Source of the DNA: an uncultured Planctomycetaceae bacterium
GTDB lineage: Bacteria; Planctomycetota; Planctomycetia; Planctomycetales; Planctomycetaceae
Length of the DNA stretch: 64,000 nucleotides
Direction of reading: 5' to 3'
Assembly (NCBI GenBank): GCA_963813715.1
Contig: CAWFAK010000007.1
Coordinates: 992,001 to 1,056,000, forward strand
The position numbers and the translations under genes are program-made. Within the stretch, counting starts at the first letter, position 1. Every line of letters begins with the position of its first letter. Below, piece after piece: positions 20,981 through 29,563 of the stretch. Under the pieces are notes generated by a model that did no database searches, was not told where the DNA came from, and saw only the letters and a list, made by a program, of their open reading frames with translations.

Positions 20981-23900
20981 TTATCGAGATCCGCCGCGCC
21001 TTTCGCCTGCGGCGGCGTTCCACTCGGCTTCGATTTCGTCCGGCTTGAGGGTCACGACGACGCCGCTCTCATCAATGCGTTGACCGCTCGTGGCCTTTGC
21101 GAGATGGATCAGTCGCTCACTCGGCGTGCCGTCGTCGAGCGTCCACAAACGAATCACGGCATCTGCGCTGACGGTGACAAGCTGATTTCCCTCGTCGCAG
21201 AAGCCCACAAAGATCACGCGATCGGTATGCTCAAGCAGCGGCGACACTGGCTCACCGGTCGTTGCATCCCACACACGGGCCGTCGTGTCGTTGCTTCCTG
21301 TCGCGAACAAGCTGCCGTCCCCCCGGATGGTGCAACACGTCGCGTCGGCTCGTTGCAGTGGCAGCGTCGCCAGCGGCTCCCCTGTCGGAATGTCCCAGGT
21401 GCCCGCTACGCCGCCTGCCGCGATCGCCGCAAGACGTGTTCCGTCGGCGCTGAATGCAACGCTCGAAGGATTGTTAAGGTTGGCTTGCGCGATGAACTTA
21501 CCGGTGGCCGCGTCGCAGACGATGGCTTGGGTTGACGGCCGAATCGCGAGTAGAAACCGACCATCAGGCGTCAGCCGACAATCGTTGAACTCGCCTTCGG
21601 TGTCGGTGGCGTGAAATTCCGAGAGCAGGTGGCCGGAAACTGCATCCCACAGACAGATTCGAAGACCGCCAGCCGTGTAGATTTTTTGGCCATCGGTGCT
21701 GAACATCGCTCGCTTCAGGCCCTCTCCGTGCCGCAACAGCAAGCGGCCCCGGCCGCCTTGAATCGAAACGACTTGCGCCGTGCCGTCGGAGTTCGCCGCG
21801 ACGAGCGTTGTTTCATCTGGAGAAAGGCTGACGTCGTTCGGCCGCCCGGTTCCGCATTTCACTTCCATTCGTCTGGGTTGCTTCGAGATGTCCCATACGT
21901 CCAGATTGGCATTGTCTCCCGCCAACACCAACGTCATGCCGTCGCGCGCGAATTTCGCGTGACGCGTGCCGGATGAGCCGGTCAGAGCGACCGAACTCAA
22001 ATTCGGCGCATTGAGGTCGCAAAGCTGCGCCGTTCCCTGAGCGCCCGCGAGCAAGAGCCAATGTCCATTTGGGCTGAGTTGCACAATCGATAAAGCGCCC
22101 AGGTCCGCGCAGCGATGCTCGACCTTGGAGGATCCGCCCAGGTTCCACTGGCGGAGAAAGCCGTCGAACCCGGCGGTCAAGACATGGTGCTCGTCATCGG
22201 TCAGCTCCGCCCAGGTGATTCCGTTGGCACAGTCAAACGGCGCTGCAAGCAAAGTCCCGGTCGTCAGATTCCAGACGCGCACGGTCTTGTCGAGGCTCCC
22301 GGTCACAAGCGTCTTCCCGTCTTTCGAGAACGACAGCGTCGAAACGCGTTGCTCATGATGGAGGTCACCCGGCAGGGCGCGCTGGGTTTGCAGATTCCAA
22401 ACGTGCACGCCGCCATCTCGGCAGCCAGCGGCTAACCGTGTGCCGTCACGACTGAATGCGATATGGAGGACGGAGCTGCTAGTGCGGAACTCGAATTTCT
22501 GGGCGCCGGACTTTACGTCCCACGCTCGGACAGCGCCGTCATTGCCGGCCGAATAAAGCAAGTCGCTCTTCGGCGCGAATCCGACACAATTGACCGGTTT
22601 TCCACTTTCGTGCTTTAGTGCCGCGACCTCGGTCGCGGTGACGACCGCCCAGACGTGTGTCGCGCCGTCGTGACAAGCAGTCGCAAGAAGCGAACCATCT
22701 GCGCTGAACGCCAGGTTCTGGACGTCGGATGAATGAGGAAGGATTGGCCCGCGCGGTCTTCCCGTGGAGACGTCCCAGAGCCGTACAGCGCCACCGTGCG
22801 TTGCCGATGCGAGGAGCCGGCTCGTCGGATCGAAGCACATCGCCAGAGGCGCCTTGTTGCTGTCAAGGATGAGCGGATTGCTCGCGAGCGAGGACGTCGG
22901 CCATACGCGGATGACCGCATCATTGCAGAACGTCGCAAGCAGATTTCCGTCGGGGCTGAATGCGCATTGCCAGAGGCCATCGGGATGTTGTAGGACGACT
23001 GGGGAACCAGCAGGGCTGGCGAAATCAAGCACCGTCGCCGCCTTGGAGGCAGTCGTGATCGCGAGCAGAGATCGGTTTGGACAACGCGCAACGGAATTAA
23101 TAGCTCTGCCCAGGAACCAAGTATGGGCCAGGCGCGATGTGTCCATCGCTGTGATCAATCGAACACGGTGGACGGACCTGGAACGCTCACTGGCCGGAAC
23201 TTGATTCAGTGCCGCAGCAAACCAGGGAAGCGCGTGCCTCGGATCGCCCCCTTCCAGGGAAGTGATTCCCTTTGAGACAAAAAGTCTTTCCCGGCTCTCG
23301 CGGTCAGCCTCTTCTGCTCGCCGCGCAGTTTCTGCTTGCTCGGCAAGCCGCTGGTTGGCATTTTCGACTCGACTCGTATAGACGGCGTGCGCAACCGGGA
23401 AGCTGAGCCCCAACGCCACGGCGACGGCAACCAAAATGGCTGTCTTTGGACGTCGTCGGGCCCAGCGACATCCTCGTGCAACCAGTGAGATCGGTCGTGC
23501 TTGGACTGGTAGTCCTTCCAGGAATCGCGTCAGGTCTTCCTCGAGCTCGCGCCGACGCGTAGCGGTCCCGAGGCAGCTTATGCATGCACATAAGGCAGAT
23601 TCTTGCCAGGTCCATCGGCACAACGCGATTCTCCACGCTTGGCGAACGTGGTTCTGCATGGATCACCTGATGCAGGACGCTTTGCACGTTGCCCCGAAAT
23701 GGTCGCTCACCTGTCAACAGCTCGTAGAGGACTACTCCCAGGCTGTAAACGTCGCTCCGCGCATCGACGCTTTTGCCCTCCGCTTGTTCGGGGCTCATGT
23801 AGGCCGGGGTCCCCAGAATCGTCCCGGCGACGGTGATCAACGCCTCCCCCTCGCGCCGGGCCAGGCCGAAATCCATCAAAAACGGCTCGCCGCGTTCGTC

Positions 23901-24820
23901 GAGCATAATGTTCGCCGGCTTGACGTCACGGTGAATCACACCGCGCTCATGCGCGTATTGCAGAGCATCGGCCAGGATACGCACAATTCTTGCAGCCTCC
24001 CGCGGCTCGAATTGGCGGGCAGCCAGGGTCTTGCTCAGCGTCTGACCGCGAACAAATTCCGACACGATGAAGGGCTGCTCGCGCGTCCCTCCGACTTCGT
24101 ACACCGAGACGATGTGCCCATGATGCAAGGCCGCCGCGCTTTGCGCCTCGCGAATGAATCGCTCCTGCTCCCTCTCGGATCCGAGGACGCCTTCTCGGGG
24201 CACTTTGATCGCGACGACTCGCCCAAGACCGGTGTCAATCGCGCGAAAAACAGTGCCGAAGCCCCCCTGCCCGACGGCATCGACCAATCGGAAGCGGCCC
24301 AACGTGCCGGCCGGGATGCGAGCCTCGCTCGGTGCGTCGCGACCGGAGACGGTCGCACCGGAAAAGCCCTTATCCGAAACGCCCGGCGCTGTCGAACGCG
24401 TGGCGCCGATGACAGACAAATCGGCGCCACTGGCGGCTGTTTCCAGCGCTGCCCTGCTCGAGCGCTCGCCCACGTCGCGAGGTTCAGAACCGCTCACCAA
24501 CTCAGCCGCGGCGTTGCTTACCGCCGACATGGGGCCGACCCGCCAGGCGCCTCGATGCGCAACAGCTGGAGGATGACCTGCTCGAATACTTGGAGCTCGG
24601 GAAAGTCGCGCAGGTAATCTTCAGTGCGCTGGGGATGACCGTCTCTCAGGCGGAAATCAAGGTCGATGACGACAAGCGCCTGTAACAAAGCACTGCGCCG
24701 ATGACCCGCTTGCTCGCAATAGTCGTCGATAGCCGGACACTCGCCGCGCCGCCAAGCGTCTTCGAATCGCTTGACAGCCTGGTCGATGTCAACCGCGGAG
24801 ATGGGTGCTTCGGATGACAT
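20981..24820 (-). CDS. Ser/Thr kinase with TM segment and WD40 repeats (frameshifts ~24550, ~23550)
   Basis: N-terminal IDQAVKRFEDAWRRG...YLRDFPEL domain; [35 protein letters not shown]40 array. Confidence 0.9.
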
Positions 24821-25200
24821 GCACAGTCTTCGCAAACGACGATTCGGATCAAAGGACGCGCCTCGGAGCCCGCTGCGCCTTCCGTTCACTCCAACCGTCG
24901 GAATGTCCGTCGGCTCAATAATACCGAGGCGGCTCTTGATCCTGTTCTGAATCTGGGAAAGCGGGACGGCAATCAAAGCATAAACAAATACCCATTTATG
25001 CCAAATTGGGCAGTTTCCCTGGTTGTTTTAGCTGCCTGCCTCCTTGTACACTATCGGAAACCCAAGAGCCGTTCTCGAATCCGTGTGGTATCGCACGTGC
25101 AAAGATAGGGAGCCCGGTGCTCAAAAACCGGAACCCAGCGCCTACGCTGAGCTTGATTTCCAGACTTGTGTTCCCTTCCGCCATCTGTGAGGCTCCAGCC

Positions 25201-25410
25201 ATGCACCTTCCGCTGCAAATGACGGCCGTCCCAAGAAGCCGGAGGGCCCTCTCTGTGCCTCGAACCGCGCAATCGTTGAACCACGTGCGTCCCAACGCCC
25301 TTCAACAGTGTCTCAACCATTTGACATGTTGTACCTGCTCAGGGAGCGATCAGTACGCGTGTTGCTCGACGGCATGCACGTGCAACAACGGCGTACCGGG
25401 GTGTGCTTAA
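25201..25410 (+). CDS. Cys-rich putative precursor peptide (69 aa)
   Basis: MHLPLQMTAVPRSRRALSVPRTAQSLNHVRPN + ALQQCLNHLTCCTCSGSDQYACCSTACTCNNGVPGCA; 9 Cys, all in the last 33 aa. Immediately upstream of the PatA-like protease. Confidence 0.75.
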   Translation: MHLPLQMTAVPRSRRALSVPRTAQSLNHVRPNALQQCLNHLTCCTCSGSDQYACCSTACTCNNGVPGCA

Positions 25411-25573
25411 CAGGGGAAGCCCATCCGCGCGTCGTGCGCCGTACAGTCGCGGGGCTGTTAACAAGGAATCAGCAGCAACGGTTGATCAAGCGGTTTTCGC
25501 CGCATAGCGCGCTTCGCCCGGGACGGCAGCGCAAACCTCGCATGGCTGCCCTAGGCTCCTGGCGTGTCGAATC

Positions 25574-27645
25574 GTGGCCTTTCTGGTTTCTCAAAAACGC
25601 GGCGATCGCCTCGGGACGTCCCAAACCGGGCAACTGGCCGTCGAGCACATTCCTGGATTAACGAAGCTGTGGGCCGCGACCAGCGGCGCCCCCGAAATTC
25701 ATGTCGCGATCTTGGATGCGCCGGTCGATCGGGCCAATCCCTGCCTGGCAGCCGCGAGGATCGATCAAGCCTGGTTGGGAGAGCAGACGCACTGCTCTTC
25801 GCACGGAACCGAAGTCGCCAGCGTGATCTTCGGGCAGCACGACTCGGCCGTGCGGGGAATCGCGCCGGGCTGTCGCGGAATCAGCATTCCCATTTACAAG
25901 TGCGATCCCGTTCGCTCTCCCGCGACGAATCAAGTGCAACTGGCTCGCGCGATTCATGAAGCCCTGGCGGCCGGCGGCGCACGTCATCAACGTGAGCGCC
26001 GGACAGTTGGTTCCCTCTGGCATCGCGGAGCCCGAGTTAGCGGCAGCCGTCCGCGCCTGTGCTTCGGCCGGAGTTCTGATCATCGCCGCCGTCGGAAACG
26101 ACGGTTGCGACTGCCTGCATGTGCCGGCCGCACTCCCCTGTGTTCTGGCCGTCGGCGCCATGCGATGGGACGGCAGCCCGGTGCCGGGCAGCAACTGGGG
26201 ATCCATTTACCAAACGCAGGGAATTTTGGCCCCAGGTGAGAACATCGACGTCTGCGGTGCGAACGGACAGCCGATGTCGCGGACGGGATCGAGCTACGCG
26301 ACGGCCATCGTCGCCGGCGTGGCGGCCTTGCTGCTCAGCCGAGAACTCAAACTGGGGCGTTCTCTCCGACCACTTCTTGTTCGCAAGGCCCTGCTAAGCG
26401 CAGCCGACCGATTGGCTCGTGCATCCGCCGACGAAAGGCACCGTTTTCTCGCTGGTCGTTTAGATATTACGGCAACAACGATCTTCCTCGACACCTGGAG
26501 CAACACCATGTCCGATAGCATGAATCTCGACCTGCCCGGTGAAGGCATCTCCGACGGAGGCGCCCCGTGCGACGCCGTGCCCGTCAGTATCCAGCCCTCC
26601 GCCGAGCGAAACGTCGATCCTCCGCGGCTGACGCAGCCTGGCATCTTGCCGACGCAACCGGAACGCCAGGAACGACGCACGAACGCCGTCGAGCCCTCGG
26701 CATGCTCCAGCTGCCGCGGCGAACGTCAGTTGGTCTATGCCCTGGGACGATTGAACTACGACTTCGGCAGCGAGGCCGGCTTGGACGCATTTAAGCAGCG
26801 GATGCGCCATCTGCGACTTCCCGGATGCGATGATCCCAAAATCTTCTGGGAAAATGCGAACCCACTCGATGAACGGCAGTTGAAGATTTTCCTCGGCGCC
26901 ATTCCCGAACAGGAAGCAGATGCGTGGATCTCGGCCCTGCTTTGGACCTTGGAGGTCGGCGGATTGCCGCTCTACGTCATTCGGCCGGAAGGCCCACAAG
27001 CGTCGGTGGCCTACAGGAGCCTCAAGGATTATTACTTTGAGCAATTCCCAACGCACACGAAGCACGAAGAGGCGGAAAACAAGGGGGAACACCAGCACCA
27101 TCAGCAGGACCAACACCAGCAGCAAGCCCCACAAGAGTGCGCAATCGCCGAACAAGTTGGCGTTCCAGGTATCATCGCGGGCCAAGCAACGCTGCATAAC
27201 GGTCTGCGCGTGCCGGCGATCAACCCAGACCTACGGGCCCTCTGCAATTGGAATCGGCATTGTTTGGTCACACAAGTTTTGGGGGACGCACCGGATGCCG
27301 CGCTCAAAGAGTCGCTGGAGGAGTTCCTGGACCACCTCTACTTCGAGTTGCAGAATGCCGGCCTCACCTCGCGAGACCGATCCCTGAATTACGCGGCGAC
27401 CAACCTCGCCGAACCCAAGAAGATTTTCGTCAAAGAGCTCAAGAACAAACACTCACTGGATTCGATCGGCGCCGAGCGCAGCAAACTCTGTCGTCCCGGC
27501 TCCGATTGTTGGGACGTCACGCTGTCGTTCTTCGACCCGAAGAATCCGCTGCACACCGTGCGACTCGGTGCACCGTTACACCATCGATGTCAGCGAGGTG
27601 CTTCCCGTCACAGTCGGCGAGATCCGTTCCTGGAAGACTCGGTAA
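25574..27645 (+). CDS. PatA/PatG-family cyanobactin-type S8 protease with PatG_D/PatG_C-like C-terminal domains (frameshifts ~25975, ~27565)
   Basis: IPGLTKLWA, AILDAPVD (Asp), HGTEVAS (His), GNDGCDCLHVPAA, TGSSYAT (Ser); LVYALGRLNYDFGSEA; RDRSLNYAATN; CRPGSDCWDVTLSFFDP; TIDVSEVLPVTVGEIRSW. Confidence 0.9.
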
Positions 27646-27672
27646 CGAAACTTGCAAACTGACGGCTGAGGT

Positions 27673-27693
27673 TGGGGCGTAGGCGACGCCCCA
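27673..27693. terminator. Hairpin between convergent protease and radical SAM genes
   Basis: TGGGGCGT/ACGCCCCA 8-bp stem; no clear U tract. Confidence 0.35.
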
Positions 27694-27726
27694 TTGGCCG
27701 GTTTGGTCAGCGCGGCCGGCAACGGC

Positions 27727-28857
27727 CTACGGGAAGAGCTGCGCATACCGCTCGAGGCGATCCGAGCTCGCCAGGCGGCGGAAGATTTCGGGGAAAAGTG
27801 CCAGAGAAATCTGGCACTCCACCTCATCAATTCGCTCTAAGCCCGATCGGGCGAGACACGTGCCTCCGCAGAAGCTGCGCCAATCGCAGTTCTGGCAGGG
27901 ACTGAGACTGGCCGTCGAGCGGCCGCGGATCGTGTCGGCGATCGGGCTGTCGAGGGCGGCCGCGATTCCGTCGCGCTCCATGTGGCCCAACGAGAGGGTG
28001 CGGTCGCCGATGCAGTCGCACGACTCGATCGTCCCGTCGACGCTGATCGAAACGAGGTCCCGGGCCGCGCCGCAGCCATCGCGCAGACACATGCTCCGCC
28101 GATCGCCCGAGAGGACGTTGCGCAGATAGCGCAAAACCGGCGCGACGGTCATCTGGTCGAACTCGCCGGCCTCCACCGCGTCGAAGAGCTCGAAATACGA
28201 TTGGATGACGACGTCGGTGTCGGGAGCAAAATGGGGCATCTGTGTCGCGCGGCCGAGCGGCTGGAAGAGCGTTGCGTCCCAGTGCTTGATGCCGAGGTCG
28301 CGCATGTAGCGGGCCGTCTCGAGCAGTCGGGCGGCGTTCGTGGACGTGACCGTCGTCAGCACGGCGACTTTGGCCAACAGGCGAGGGTTCGAGCGCAGAG
28401 CTTTTTCGATCTCGTCGAACCGTCCCCGTCCCGAGTGATCGACGCGGTGCCGATCGTTGAGGGCGGCCGGTCCGTCGAGGGAAACGCCGATCGAGACCCG
28501 GTTCTCGAGCAGGAAGTCGACGGTTGCCGGCGAGAAATGGCGGCCGTTGGTCTGCACCGAGAAGCGGACCTCGCGTTCTGCCGCGCGGGCGGCTTCGCAC
28601 GCGAAGGGAACGAGCGCGCGGATCTGATCGATGGCCAGAAGCGGTTCGCCGCCATGAAACAAGATTTTGAGGACGGGGCCGGAGCGGGCCAGCGAATCGA
28701 CGATCGCCTTTCGGGCGACCTCGTCCGACAGGCGACGTGAATAGTTCTCGGCCCGAAAGTCGTAGCAATAGTCGCAGGCCAGATCGCAGAAACCGACGAG
28801 CTTGAGGATCAGCGTGTTGAGCGAGCCCGATCCCGCGTTCAATGAACCCGGACGCAC
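27727..28857 (-). CDS. Radical SAM/SPASM-domain protein, probable peptide maturase
   Basis: CDLACDYC, FHGGEPLL, QTNG, GVSLDGP...DRHR; SPASM cysteines MCLRDGCGAAR...ESCDC...CQNCDWRSFCGGTC...EC. Confidence 0.92.
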   Translation of the reverse strand: MRPGSLNAGSGSLNTLILKLVGFCDLACDYCYDFRAENYSRRLSDEVARKAIVDSLARSGPVLKILFHGGEPLLAIDQIRALVPFACEAARAAEREVRFSVQTNGRHFSPATVDFLLENRVSIGVSLDGPAALNDRHRVDHSGRGRFDEIEKALRSNPRLLAKVAVLTTVTSTNAARLLETARYMRDLGIKHWDATLFQPLGRATQMPHFAPDTDVVIQSYFELFDAVEAGEFDQMTVAPVLRYLRNVLSGDRRSMCLRDGCGAARDLVSISVDGTIESCDCIGDRTLSLGHMERDGIAAALDSPIADTIRGRSTASLSPCQNCDWRSFCGGTCLARSGLERIDEVECQISLALFPEIFRRLASSDRLERYAQLFP

Positions 28858-28878
28858 ACCTCCCTGGCAGCCGGCTCC

Positions 28879-29178
28879 CTATTGGTCCCGAATCAATCCC
28901 GAGTTTCGCAGGGGATCGAAGAGCGGCGATCGCTCGAGCGCAGGGTCCTCGAAGCCGCTCGACTCGCAGGCGTCGAGAAATTCTTGGACCGCGCCCACTG
29001 ACTGGACCCTGACCATCACCCAGCTGCCGCTGGGCGGGTGGAGCAAGAGGGCAAGCTCGTCGCTCAGGCGGCGCTCGCGAATCGGGCGCAGAACGCGATA
29101 TCGCGGCGGGGCACCCAGCACGGGAAGCGGCGACAACGAGGGCATCGCAATCGTCCCCAGTCCTGACTCAGTGCTCAT
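28879..29178 (-). CDS. Putative RRE/PqqD-like protein (may be the N-terminal domain of the radical SAM enzyme)
   Basis: 99 aa; three strand-like segments, then helices ending LRNSGLI. ATG overlaps the upstream stop (ATGA). In frame with the rSAM gene across one TAG. Confidence 0.6.
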   Translation of the reverse strand: MSTESGLGTIAMPSLSPLPVLGAPPRYRVLRPIRERRLSDELALLLHPPSGSWVMVRVQSVGAVQEFLDACESSGFEDPALERSPLFDPLRNSGLIRDQ

Positions 29179-29450
29179 TCCTGGTCGACGTTCTTCATCC
29201 AAATCGACATGAAAGAGAGCCCTTGCGGAACCGCGCTGGCTTTCACAATGGCGATTTCCTTGACGTCAAACTTAGACGTCGCGGCAGAAGTTAACCGGCC
29301 GATTCCGTGGAGCACATCGCGACTCACATCGTCGGCGATCGCGTCCGGGACGATGATCGTGACATTGTCGTCTGTGCTCGGACTCACGGTGTCGAGCGAT
29401 GTCTTCTTGTCTTTTTTCCCCTTTTTGCCCTTCTTTTTCTTTTTCGACAT
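29175..29450 (-). CDS. Lys-rich small protein P1 (91 aa), putative RiPP precursor
   Basis: GAAAGGG RBS; MSKKKKKGKKGKKDKK...VTIIVPDAI...FDVKEI...GLSFMSIWMKNVDQE. Translationally coupled to the RRE-like gene. Confidence 0.75.
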   Translation of the reverse strand: MSKKKKKGKKGKKDKKTSLDTVSPSTDDNVTIIVPDAIADDVSRDVLHGIGRLTSAATSKFDVKEIAIVKASAVPQGLSFMSIWMKNVDQE

Positions 29451-29460
29451 GCGAGGCCCT

Positions 29461-29527
29461 TTCCCGGTTGTGGAGCCTGGTCGTTGAACCTGGTTGCGGA
29501 CTCTGGTTGTCGGACCTCCGTTGTCGT
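29461..29527 (-). repeat. Five degenerate 12-14 nt tandem repeats (consensus ~CCGACAACCAGRGT)
   Basis: Minus strand: ACGACAACGGAGGT CCGACAACCAGAGT CCGCAACCAGGT TCAACGACCAGGCT CCACAACCGGGAA. Confidence 0.6.
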
Positions 29528-29563
29528 GTTCTCTCCATTAAACGCGAGTTGCCTGCCCCGATG

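Noticed and set aside
25201..27645. Canonical cyanobactin cluster
   Set aside because: No PatD/YcaO, PatF, second protease or PatE-type cassette repeats.
1949..28881. Stop-codon reassignment suggested by in-frame TAA/TAG codons
   Set aside because: TAA and TAG terminate many ordinary genes here (e.g. 2113, 8853, 34308, 958); decay or error is the simpler explanation.
29461..29527. Mini CRISPR array
   Set aside because: Units are short, degenerate and spacer-less; no cas genes in the window.
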